Assembly: GCA_043228905.1 (NCBI GenBank)
Contig: JBHGNT010000007.1
Location: 15,190,001-15,254,000 of the forward strand
Source: Azolla caroliniana
Taxonomy: Eukaryota; Plantae; Polypodiophyta
DNA: 64,000 nt
Direction: 5' to 3'
The notes under the pieces are model-generated. The model did not search any database, had not been told where the DNA came from, and saw only the letters and a program-made list of their open reading frames with translations. This document shows positions 38,501-51,336 of the stretch, piece by piece; the first letter of the stretch is position 1, and each line of letters opens with the position of its first letter. The translations under genes were made by a program, and so were the position numbers.

Positions 38501-39393
38501 AACGACAAAGCAATTATAGATGGAGAGATGGAGACGTCGACAAAGCAATTACAGATAGAGATAGAGACGGACAAGCAACAGAAAACAAAGAAACGACACA
38601 GAAGAAGAAGAAGAAGAAACGGAGGAACGATGAAGAGATTGGGGACAGTGAAAGAAAAAACAAAAGTATCTAGAAAGAAAAGAAGGGAGAGATTGGTGAG
38701 AAGGAAAGAGAAATTAAAAACAGATGATGAAGATGGAGATGGAGATAGATGCAGATGCAAGTACAGATGAAGAAGCAAAGAAATGAAGAAGGAAAAAGAC
38801 GGAGAAAGTAGACGAAAAAAGAAATTAAAAAGAGAGGGCATCGGTACCCAATTTCAATAAGCCGAAGGTAGGCAATCGAATGTCCAAATCTCGAGGGCAA
38901 TAGAGGGAGTTTCAAAAACATGAGGGTAGTTTATGGAATTTTTTAAAACTGAAGGGCATCAACATAATTTCAAAAACGCAAGGGCAACTATTGAATTTCA
39001 AAAACTGAAGGCCAGTAACGAGAATTTCAAAAACATGAGGGTAGAGATACTAAAATTTAAAAAGAAAGCAAAGACAACCACAAAATTTTGTAAACTCACA
39101 ACTCACATTAAAATAACGAAAAACATATACATATACACACAACAATATTGTAAGACCAAAAAAAGAGTACTAAAGTTTCTATGTTCATGGATCTTCCGAC
39201 CAAAGGAGAGGTTTGTGTCGTTGAGTTTGTGTTTGTGTTACGCGTGTTTTGGTCAATGAAGTTCTGACCAACACGATAAGAGAAGACCGAGGGAGTTCCG
39301 GTTGTATGTTCTAGTCCAAGGACCAATGTTTGTGTTTATTGAAGGCATGTGGATTCACCCGTGCAAGGCACTGTCCCACAATCGTGCCATATG

Positions 39394-39584
39394 TGTTATT
39401 TGTGAGATTAAAAGTGTATGAGTGTAGTGTGTTGGTACGTGCATAGATAAGTGTAAAGTCTTTGTATTAAAAGTCATGTGTAAGTATATGTGCAAATGTG
39501 CACATGAGTAAGTGTGAGTATATTAATATGTAAAGTGGGTAGGTTGTTGGAAGGTTATATAACTAACCTACAAGCCCCATTGTA
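39394..39584 (+). mobile_element. Truncated second copy of the 36387 LTR, cut at the start of the ParB-MTase element end
   Basis: Near-identical to 36387-36574 up to CCCCATTGTA, then switches to ACACGTTCGCG. Confidence 0.75.
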
Positions 39585-40432
39585 ACACGTTCGCGTTCAG
39601 AAGTGGAAGGATCATGCATTCCACTTTTAGATTCCTTTTATAATTATGCAAATATATACTATATATAGAAACTTGTTACACCAGTATCACATACTCGTCA
39701 ACCCATTTTGAATTTATAGAATTATTAATATTTAACAAGTTTCAAACTAAAAATGGTATTATGCACGCATCTAGTTGGTATCAATTTCGAGAAAATCATG
39801 ATCTACGGTTTTGAAATGTAGTTAAATTACAAACCATGAACATGGGAAGCAATATTTGAAATTCAAGTTTAACCATTGTGCGGAGGTGTAGAGACAAGAC
39901 ATGAAAGTCATGGCTAGTAACCTTAAATGATTATGTATTTTGCATCTCAATAGTTAGTGAATGTTGCCCGATATAATACCTTATCCTAATGTTAGTAAGA
40001 AAGAAGCAAATCAAACATATGGGCTCTATGGACATAAATTCCATGTTAATTATCATCTAGAGTTTCCATGATACACACCCACAAAGAACACCCATACACA
40101 AGTATCATATGGGCTCTATAGATACACCTGGATACTCACTGTAGTCACACCCAAAAAGTAAGGTGGGCATGAAATGTAAATCAAACTCGACGATCAAAAG
40201 TGAAACTTAGATTAAAACAATTATAACATGTAGCGTGGTAAAGCTTAGTAATGTTACAATGTCAATTAAGTTTTAACATCAATAGCAAAAATACAAATGT
40301 ACAATATAAACAATTAAAGAAACAATAAAGATCAGTAGACATATTTACAGAAAGAATATAAAAATGTAATTAAACTTAGATTAAAGCGAACAAAACTTTG
40401 ATTACAAAGTTTTTAATAAAGTTCCGAAATAT

Positions 40433-43400
40433 TTACATGGCAATCAGGTTATCATCATCATTCTCTTCATCTCCATTTTGAGAACTATCCTCAAGATTTT
40501 GTGCATCGGCATCCACACCAGACAAGCTAGCTATAGTGGGGTCCTCCATAAGCTCATCGTCTAGTTCTATAAGTTCCCTAGGTTCACCAACCAAGGGAGG
40601 AATAGGCTCACGAGAGGCAACTTGAAATTGTTCTGTATCCGCGATATGCTTTGCCCCTACCTCCTCGTCTTGATCTAGGCACTCCCATAAAGCCTTAATC
40701 CACATGTTTATGAAAGATACTTGCTCCTTATCCTTCTCCAATGCTATAGTATTTCGAAATAGTTTCAAAGCACACGCAGATGTCGTACCTATCACAAAAG
40801 TAATAAGATTATAGATTCAATTAGACAGTTATTGATAAATTCATACTTTTGTTGAGCAAAGTCTACAAATGCCCTTATTCCCGAAAACAAATCTAAAATC
40901 CAATCTCCTTTGTTAGAGAACATTTCAATAAGGCGCATCATGAGTTGCTGAGGCTTTTGATAAGGATTGACTAGGTCCCGTTCAATCGTCGTGACATGTC
41001 TCAATTTTTGCATAACTGCTGGGTACACCAACAGATTTGAACCATCGACCTCGTTTGAATGGTCCTTAATCCTTTACTACTTTATTTCATCATAGTAACC
41101 AATGGTTATATATTCAATAGCATTGACAAACCGAAAGGTCAGACCTCTATTAACATTGGTTTTGATCCTATGAATGACAAAAGGAAAGACTCAAGTTTTG
41201 GTTACACAAAGTGACGAGAGTTGAAATGGAACCAAAATCGAATTAGTCTTTGTTTAAGACTTACCAAGCAAGGTTCTCTACACCATGATGACGAGATCTC
41301 AATGCTTGAGCCACAGAATATCCTTGGTCCATACTATGAAAGACCACAATTCTCCACAAGCTAGCTGTGGTCAAGTCCGCGAAATCTTAGACCATTTTCA
41401 CCAACTGTTTGAACCGAAATGGTTCATCATCGTAAGAAGATCCTGCCATACGGAAACCATATGGAATATTTGCAATGAGTAATGTGTACTCATTCTTCGG
41501 CAGCTTCTGGATCATCTCCGCCACATCACCGCAGTATACATTATAATATAGTTCTCATGTGATATCTTTTTTGTGGTTGAACTTCTTGAAAGTTCCGTCA
41601 TCATCCACATCGAATATCTTTACTAAACGTCGATCCTTCTCTTTTCGCGCTCTTTCAAAATGGGCAAGAAACGAAGTTGGAAAATCATGTATGTCTTTGA
41701 CTTCTCCAAGCTTCTTGCTGTGACATGGTTTCTATGTGAAACGACAATAGAACTAACTCATACTTAGTCTTTAAGTATGGAATAAACTAGAATGTAAAAT
41801 TTCAAATATGTAATATTAACCCAATCCTTAAAAGCAATAAAATATTCCGAGAGCGCCTTGTATGAAGACGTAATCAGATACTGTTCAGTCACTTGTTCCC
41901 ATGTTAAGCAACCAAGTTGCTTCATCATCACCTCCTGAATCTTCATATATACCGTGTGACTAGAAAAGCATAAAGAATCATTAGCACTTACACATTTAAT
42001 GAAGAGAAAACATGTATTCAAAAGAAAAGTAATTGGCTTACTTGTTAAACTCTGTGACCATTTCTTCTAAGCTTAGCTCTTTTGCCATGACTCGTGACAA
42101 TACGGACACAAGTAGTTGCTCTTCTTTTATACCCTGCATGGCTCTCCATGGTGTTAGCTTCATGTGATCCGCAACTTCCTCGATGCTCAAATCAATCTTT
42201 TTTGCCGCGGTTGACTTCAACTCCAGTTGTGGGTCTACTTTCCCCACATTGACCTTTCACCTCCTTGTTCTCCCACATTGTAAATATTTGGTCTTGTAAT
42301 TCCCAAACAACCCCATCTCTAAAGGCAAGTTGTTCTCCAGTTGTGGGTCTACTTTTTTGACGTTGACCTTTCACCTCCTTGTTCTCCCACATTGTAAATA
42401 TTTGGTCTTATAATTCCCAAACAACCCCATCTCTAAAGGCAAGTTGGAACCACGACTCGTACTTACGAATACTGTCTGACTTCACCGCATCGTCCACAAC
42501 GATCCCAACTTCATGAAGGCATTGACGTCAAAGGGTGGGCAATAACTTTGGTCCAACTCTTTGCTTGACGTCTAAGTATTCATGGTGAAAAAATCAGATG
42601 CACTCTATCGAAGACGTCGTTTGGAGGTAGTCGTTGTCGTTGTTATGGTCCCATGCCAATAACTTTGCCTCATCCGTTGTTAGGGACACGTAAATCTTAC
42701 ATTCAACATACTTAAAAAAGTACGTTGTGGGATGTTCTCTCACTAACTGCCTCCTTGCTTCCGCTAAGTGTGATCCCCAAATGACATAATAGTTATATTG
42801 ATCGTGTTTCCATACATCAAACTCTTCTAAACATGAACACTTGTTAGGATCAACCATTATGATGAATGGTACCAATGTTGCATGGGGATTAATTTTCATT
42901 TTCTTTTTGAGATTCTGGACATGCAATTTGTGAGGCTCCCAAATCTCTAATGGTCGACATCCAGACTTCTCATCGACAGGTGGGCGATGGATGTGGGTGA
43001 TGGGGAGGTTAAAAGACCTGACCTTTCCGCACTAGCTTTTTCTGTATTATCTCTCTTCTAATTTTATTTTGTTCAGATGAAAGAACACCAGATGACAACT
43101 CTGCCCCGAGTGTTGTTCTCGTATCTTCATCGTTTGTTGAACTTGACGACAATGACTCGGACAATTTGGTCACTTTCTTTTTGAGTGGCCTTGACTACAT
43201 TGGCATCTTTTTGGGTGCAACCTTAATCGGTGAGGGTGGGGCTCTTTTAGTGAAACATATCCTTGTATGTATGGCCAAAGTGTGGTGATCAAATTGTCTA
43301 ACTACTCAATCGCTAATCTAAAAGGATCAGGCTCGCATGAGACCTTCACAAAAAGGTCTTCAGACACAAACACCTTCCGAAATCCCTTCGAACAATCGAC

Positions 43401-43785
43401 TAAAATAATTAGGTTATGTGAGTCGGGGTCTTCATAGTTCAATCTCAATATTCGACCGTAACTAAACGACCGGTCCTTGACTAGCTGTCCTTGACCTTTA
43501 TTACTAGAAATTAAAAGGACAAGCTTCTTATTTGAGTTGATGTACTGCATGGCCCACTCATGTTCTGTGATGTCTTTATTGGGCAAAGATGCCCCTCCAT
43601 GAGCAGCCAATGTTTTTCCCTAACTCATTTCGTCTTATGGCTGCCTAACCAGGTCATCATCGAATAATAGCTTCTTCCCTTTTTGCGTATACGTGAGAGG
43701 AAGGCCTTTGGAGTTGTCAATTGGGGAGCTCTAATATTTTAGTCAAATTTTTTATATCGGGCGCTCATCTTGGGGATCAACAGAC
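40433..43785 (-). pseudogene. Copy 2 of spliced ParB-like + beta-class amino-DNA-methyltransferase gene; exons ~43785-42042, 41959-41821, 41731-41265, 41167-~40877, 40788-40433
   Basis: YYVIWGSHLAEARR..ECKIYVSLTTDEAKLLAWDHN; YCGDVAEMIQKLPKNEYTLLIANIPYG; W|IKTN..RFVNAIEYITIGY; NPYQKPQQLMMRLIEMFSNKGDWILDLFSGI|GTTSACALKLFRNTIALEKD; in-frame stops; 114-bp internal duplication 42221-42448. Confidence 0.85.
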
Positions 43786-46700
43786 CTAATAACATAGTAT
43801 AATTGAAAGTCTCTGTTGAGCGAGCAAGGTCAACCAGATCTGGAACCAAGAGCCGAATCAGTATCCGGAAACAACTGGCTGGATCGAGCAGACGGATTGG
43901 AGAGCCAGATTCGAGCGGGAACTGGAAGCCTAGTAGTAGCCTAGACTACTAGGTAATCATTGTCTCGTAGTTAGTGTTAGTCGCTCGTATGAGCATTGAA
44001 GTACCTGTCAGTACTTCTATCAGTCCTTTATGGAGTTTGTATAAATAGTGCGGTTTAGCACGTTGTATGTACAAAGTTTACAGAGTGTTTTTATTTTTGA
44101 ATCTAAGTTTATGTTTTGCTCTCTTTGTCTCTCCCACGCGTATACTCTCTGTGTATTAAGCTTCTCCATAAAACCTTCATCTTATTCTCTATTCCTATCC
44201 GGCTGAGCCGGTTCTGTCTAACACTTCCACACATTTACATTCACATGGTATCAGAGCGCGAGGGTTGAGAACCTCTACAATCGACACTTGGTTTCATTGA
44301 CGAACCGTAGAACTCGGTAACAACAAATAGAGAGAAGTCATGGACAGAGGAATGGTGAGTTCACTTCCAACAGAGAAGCTCGACTAGAGCAACTACGCGG
44401 CCTGGTCATACAAGATGCACCAGAACCTGTTGGGGCATGGATATTGGAGCTTTGTGGAAGGAACGAACGAGGTAGCGCTGAAGCTGGCACACAATGACTT
44501 CCCGGTATGGGAGCAAGGAGCAGGCCGAGTATTGTACTACCTCGTGTCCTATGTGCATGACCAGATGCTCGGCTACATAAAGGATGCAAAAACGCCGAAG
44601 GAGGCCTGGGGAAATATGAGGAAGATTTTCGCCACGAGTACCATAGCCCGTAAGTTGCAGCTCCGACAAGAGCTGAACAACATCCGGCAAAGAGGCATGT
44701 TGGTTACGGACTACATCAGCAAGATAAAGGAGATTTGTGACGCGCTCGGGTCCATAAACGTGTCAGTGGACGAAGACGAGATGGTAGAAATCTACCTCGG
44801 TGGTCTAACGCAAAGGTATGGGCCAATCCGAACAACAATCTGCACCTAGGAGAAGCCATCGACTTTCTTCGACTTGCAATGATGCTGATGATCGAAGAAA
44901 ACCACGCGAGTGGGTCGAGGAACACTCAATCGGACGACCGGATGTTGTACATGGAGACAGATCGGCCCCATGGACGTGGTGGACAAGGTGGGTCGGCACG
45001 CAATGGAGGCAGCCGGCAAGACCAGGACGGAAGTTGGCAAGGAAAAGCCGACACGGAATGCTGGTATTGTGGCAAGAAAGGCCACAGGAAAAGCGAGTGC
45101 TGGAAGAAGCGCGCTGATTCGGACAAATCCAGATCCGGCAAAACTAGTTCGGAAAATCGGCAAAGCTCACACTACGCAGAAGGATAGAAAGGATCCAGAA
45201 TCGGGAAGACCAGTAAAGGGCTAGCCTTCGTGATGAAGCACAAGGCTAGCTTGATGAAGAAGATTGTTGAGAGACAAGCTCAACATCGGCCAGTTCGGCT
45301 GAAGAAGCCGAGGACCGGATCGGTTGGGACCGATCGGTTAGGCCGAGTGCGTAAACCGGGAGGTCGTTAGGAAAGATATTCCGTGAGGAATATATTTGGG
45401 CGTTAGTGTAGGAGCTCTTGATGAGCATTGACGTACTGTCAGTACTTCGGTCAGTCCTTCTAGGGCTTGTATAAAAGTGTCCACTGAGCACGTCTTATGT
45501 ACAGACTGAGTATTATTGTTGAATATAGTTTTTTGTCTTTCTCTCTCTGTCTCTCCCGTGTATACCGTGTAAGCTCAAGCTCTCCATTAAACCTGAGTTT
45601 CCTCTCTTCTGTTCGGTCTTCATACTTGCTTCCGCACGCTACTTTCTACATGGTATCAGAGCGCGAGGGTTGAGAACCTCTCTGTAGCCGACACAGCTTG
45701 ACGAAGAAGAACAAGAAGAACGATGGATAGAGGCATGGCGAGCTCGCTTACAACAGAGAAGCTCGATAGAACCAACTACGCGTCTTGGTCCTATAAGATG
45801 CACTAGTACCTGCTCGGGCACGACTACTGGAGTTATGTCGAAGGAGCTAATGACGCGGCACCCGAATCGACACACAGAGACTTCCCGTCGTGGGAGCAAT
45901 CGGCGAGCAGGGTATTGTACTGCTTTGCATCGTGTGTGGGCGAACAACTATTGAGCTATGTTCGGGATGCAAAGACGCCGAAGGGTGCGTGGGAAAATCT
46001 GAAGAAGATCTTCGCCGCGAGCACCACAGCCAGGAAGCTTTAGCTCCGACAGGAGTTGAGCAACCTACGACAACGCGACTTGTCGGTGGCAGACTATACC
46101 TCGAAGATCAAGGATATCTGCAACTCCCTCACCTCCATAGAGGTGAACATCGAGGAGAGCGAGATGGTCCAGATCTGTCTCGGAGGTTTGGCGTCGAAGT
46201 TCGGAGCGTTCCGAACGGCTGTGTGTCCTTTTCCGACTTACAGTCAATGCTCCTGGTAGAGGAGAACCACGCGGGTGCGTCTACAAGCACGCACACCGAC
46301 AACAGAATGTTGTACACGGAGGAAGATAGGCCCCGTGGACGTGGAGGACGAGGTGAGTCGGCACGCAATGGAGGCGGCCGACGAGGTCAAGAAAGAAGGC
46401 ACCGAAGTGATGCCGACAGCAACTCCGGACCCTTCGGAAACAGGGGGAGTCGAAGCGATGAGAACCGGCAAGGGAAGTCCATCGCCGAGTGCTGGTATTG
46501 TGGCAAGAAAGGCCACAGGGAAAGTGAGTGCTGGAAGAAGCGCGCCGATTCGGAGAGAACTGGTTCCGGGAAAGGCTCCAGTCATACCGACAAGGGAAAT
46601 CGGCAGCGATCGCACTATGTCGAAGACTACGGGAGAGCCGGAGAAGGGACTGCCTTCGTGACGAGACACGAAACAAACTCAATGAAGCAGACCACCCCGA

Positions 46701-49700
46701 GATCGGACGAGGTGTGGTACGTAGACTCCGACGCGTCAAACCACATGACGAGCCATAAGGAGTGGTTCTCGTACCTTGAAAAGCCGATACAACCTGGAGT
46801 AGTCGCAACGGGAGACGACACTCCGCATCCGATCGCGAATGTTGGAGAGGTTCCCCTTAGCCATGTCGGGCAGAAAGGGAAACTCATGATCGTGTTGCAC
46901 GTTCCGACAATCACGAAAAACTTGGTCTCGGTCGGACAGATCGTCGACCAAGGGATGGAGGTTCGGTTTACACACCTCGGGTGCTTCATTGAGGAAGAAG
47001 GCCGTGTGATTGCGCAAGGGCGCAGAGACGGGAGGATGTTCATCCTCGACTCCACTGACGGCGGCACCGCAATGTTCGCGAAGGGACAAAAGACCGAGTC
47101 AGACATCGACTTGTGGCAGAAGCGGATAGGCCACGTCAACCACCAACGGCTTCAAGATCTGCAATCGAAACAGGTAGTGTTCGGATTGCCCAAATTTAGT
47201 GGCCGAAAGGCACAAATTTGTGAAGCCTGCCAGCTCGGGAAGCAACACCGACTTCCTTTCCCCAACGAGCGAAACCGGAGCCGGAACAAGCTCGACCTTA
47301 TACACTCCGATGTGTGGGGGCCGGCACAAAACGTTAGCCTTGGCGGGAGCCTATATTTCGTCTCCTTCATCGACGACCACACGCGGCACACGTGGATCTA
47401 CCTCATTGAGAGGAAGAGCAAAGTGTTTGACTGTTTCCGGGACCTCAAAGGGTTCGTGGAAGCCGAAACGGGACGAAAGATCAAGTGTTTGCGGTCGGAT
47501 GGTGGGAATGAGTACTTTTCCGGTCAATTCAACGGTTATCTACAACAAATGGAAATTCAGCGCAAATTCAGTTGTGGATACACGCCAGAGCAGAACGGCG
47601 TGGCCGAGAGGAAGGTGACCTTGAGGAACAGGTGTACATGGTACAGCCCCCCGGATTTCACTCTAGAACGAACTCCTCGGCAATATGCCGACGGAAGAAG
47701 TTCCTTTACGGACTAAAGCAAGCCCCGCGTGCCTGGAACGCGAAGATCACGCAACAACTGCGTCGGATGGGCTTCGTGACGTCAAAATCAGACTCTTCCC
47801 TATTCATCCGGAAAGGTCGACTCGGACCGGTTAGTATTTTATTATATGTTGATGACTTGGTCATCACCGGCGCCGACCTAGGTGAAATTGACCGCGTGAA
47901 GCTTCAGCTTGCGGCATCGTTCGACATGAAGGATCTAGGGGACCTTCGTTACTTCCTCGGGATCGAAGTGATCCGTACCCTCGAAGGCATATTGATCAGC
48001 CAACGTCATTACGTGCTGAGTATGCTCTTCAAATTCGGGATGGCTGACTGTAAGTCCGTCTCGACTCCTCTGGATAGAATTGTCAAGCTTCGTCCCGATA
48101 TGGGAAAGGTATGCGACCCGACGAGGTTCTGACAAATTGTCGGAAGCCTTATATACTTGACCATCACCCGACCCGACCTCAGTTATCCGGTTGGGATGAT
48201 CAGTCAGTTCATGGCGTGACCTACCGAGGAGCACCTTCAGTGTGCGCAACGCGTACTTCGGTACGTAAGCGGCACTAAGGACCGCGGACTGCTATATCGG
48301 ACCGGTGCAGCCGCGCAGTTAGTCGGCTACACCGATGTTGATTGGGCTGGCAACGCCGCCGATCGCCGATCCACGTCTGGATACGCGTTCTCCCTCGGGA
48401 GTGCCGCGATCGCGTGGAGCAGTAAGAAGCAGCCGATAGTTGCACTGTCGAGCACCGAAGCTGAGTACCGAGGAGCGGTTGTCGCGACATGCGAAGCCAT
48501 CTGGTTGAAATGGCTACTTAAGGATCTGCAAGTGGAGGTATCAGATCTGACGACGATCTACTGTGACAAGCTCATCAACATCCAACTTGCGAAGTACCCC
48601 GTCTTCCACGCACGGACCAAGCACATTGAGGTGCACTACCATTTCGTCCGTGAGCGTGTCCTTTCCGGTGAAGTCGAACTTCAGTACGTTCCGACGGATC
48701 GGCAAAGTGCCGACATCTTCACCAAGCCTCTTGGTCTGGACAAGTTGCGGCAATTCTCAGGTGCGCTCGGGTTGCGTCACCTTGACGTGCCGAACTTGAG
48801 GGGGAGAACAGTCCCGAACGACCAAGCAAGGCAACAGGAAAGGAGCGGACACCGCGACACTGAGTCGGTTGATGAGTTTGACAACGAATCGGCTGAAGAA
48901 GCGGAGGGCGGACCCACAGAAAAGTCCGAAAGCGGACAAAAGGGGAGCAGCCGAAGGAGAGAGCCGAAGCCAACCACGCATGAGGAGGATGACGCCATCG
49001 AGGGCGAGAAGACCGAAGACGAGGTGGAGACAGCCAACTCGGACGAGAGCGAAGACCGATCGGATGTAGCCGAGTCGGTCCGGATGTTTGATTCAGATAC
49101 GCTGAATCAACCGAGGCCCAAGCGGAAGAAAAGGCAGCAAAGAAGCGTCAACACCGCAACAACAGAAGAGCTGATGAGGGCCACATGAGCAGACAAGCCG
49201 ACCGGAAGGGTCGAAGCGCGCGGAGTCGAACAGGTCGAGGAGCGTGAGCGAGGCGTGAAGCCAGGAGGAACCGGAGTTGTGAGCCCGAGGATCCCGAAGA
49301 GCCTCAAGTTGAGCTTGAGGGGGAGTGTTGAGAGACAAGCTCAACATCGGCCAGTTCGGCTGAAGAAGCCGAGGACCGGATCGGTTGGGACCGATCGATT
49401 AGGCCGAGTGCGTAAACCGGGAGGTCGTTAGGAAAGATATTCCGTGAGGAATATATTTGGGAGTTAGTGTAGGAGCTCTTGATGAGCATTGAAGTATTGT
49501 CAGTACTTCGGTCAGTCCTTCTAGGGCTTGTATAAAAGTGTTCACTGAGCACGTCTTATGTACAGACTGAGTATTATTGTTGAATATAGTTTTTTGTCTT
49601 TCTCTCTCTGTCTCTCCCGTGTATACCGTGTAAGCTCAAGCTCTCCATTAAACCTAAGTTTCCTCTCTTCTGTTCGGTCTTCATACTTGCTTCTGCATGC

Positions 49701-50178
49701 TGTCATGGCAAGACTCGAACCCATGACTTTATGCTACATGGGTCGAGCTCTTACCATTAGATTATGAATTGTATTTTGTAGGATATTATTTTCATTTATA
49801 CTTTATCATAGAAAATTGATGTATATTCCAGATCTCTCTGGAACATTCTAGAAGCTTCAGGATTATTCCTAAAAACACTATAAAAGGAGGCACAAGACAT
49901 TGTTTTGAACCAAATTGGTTCAACGCCAGTCTTAAGCCTCTTAGCCGCTTGTACTTATCTTTTCACATAATATATAGCTGCTGTCATCATCTCTCTCTCT
50001 CTCTCATTCTCGCTATCTCTCTCTCTCTCCTCTTCTCACTTCCTCTTAGTACTAATAGTATTGTTGTTCTTAGTACTAATTCCATCTCTGTTTTAGTACT
50101 ATTCATGACAGTTTGAACCAATTTTTCCTCTAGCCTACTTGTCACTCTCCCTTATCCTCCTACCCTTTTCCCTATACT

Positions 50179-51336
50179 ATGGCTACTGTTAGCGCCCAAG
50201 AATACCAATCCGTTTTCTCCGAGCTACAGTGCCTAAAAGAAAAGTTTGTTGCCCTGGAACAAGAAAACCAACGGCTGATAGGGGATCTGCAACAAATCGC
50301 TCTAGAAAAACAACAAACGCAACAACAACATGGGGAGTTAGCGTTACGGGTACAACAACTCGAAGCAGCGTTGCAACAACAAGGATCCAGTCCCCAAGGA
50401 TTTCAGAAAGAGCCCAAGATTGGACTTCCTGTGAAATTTGATGGAACGCGTTCGCAATTCCGGGGATTCCTTAATCAGGTACGCTTAGTCATCCAGATGC
50501 ATCCTTCCCGATATCCCACTGATGCATCTCGAGTCGGCCTAATAGGCACGCTACTTAGCGGCTCAGCCTTGGCATGGTTTGCTCCGCTTCTAGAAAAACA
50601 ATCACCCTTACTTAATAACTTTGAAGATTTTATTGGTGAGTTTAAAGCCTGCTTTGGAGACACCGACAGCATCAGGACGGCGATCAACAAGATCCGGCGA
50701 TTGCGTCAAGGCGATCGTCCAGCCTCTGCCTACGCGGCGGATTTCCGCCTACTTGCTTCAGATATACCCTGGGATGATCAAGCACTAATGGAGCAGTTTC
50801 GCTATGGCTTGCGAAACGATGTCAAAGATCTACTTCTAACTTTCCCCGAAGAACCAAAGTCTCTTACGGAGGCAATCAGTCGAGCAGTTCGATGTGACAA
50901 CCGCCTTTTTGAACGGCATTCAGAACGTCAATTATAGATACCACGCTCTAGGCCGGAGCCCACTTACGCCGCAGTCGCGGCTAAACCGTTTGCACGAGAC
51001 ATACCTCAAGCAAATACTTCGACACCGATGGAGATCGATACCATGCGTCGACGCGGCCCGTTATCGGAAGAAGAAAAGCAACGACGACGTGCCAATCGAT
51101 TATGTCTTTATTGCGGTGGACCAGGACATATCGCCATCAATTGTCCCCATAGGCCAAGAAGACAGGTAAATCAAATCGTCGCCTGTACTAAACCCGAGTC
51201 AATTCTTCCCTTCGGAGTGTCTGATAGTATTAATAGTACTAATAGAGTGTCAGATAGTATTCATAGTACTAATAGCCCAAGTATCTCAAATAAATTTGAA
51301 ATCCTTAATCAATTAGATGAAGAGTTAAACGATTGA
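50179..51336 (+). CDS. gag: Gag of element C (one in-frame TAG at 50935-50937; CCHC knuckle in the 3' part)
   Basis: [49 protein letters not shown]; ORFs 50179 and 51028 are in the same frame. Confidence 0.85.

Noticed and set aside
37635-38548. Many overlapping ORFs rich in A, P, R and S
   Set aside because: By-product of a GC-rich minisatellite with few stop codons
40433-43785. Bacterial contamination as the source of the MTase
   Set aside because: Conserved GT-AG introns, multiple decayed copies and interleaving with plant retroelements
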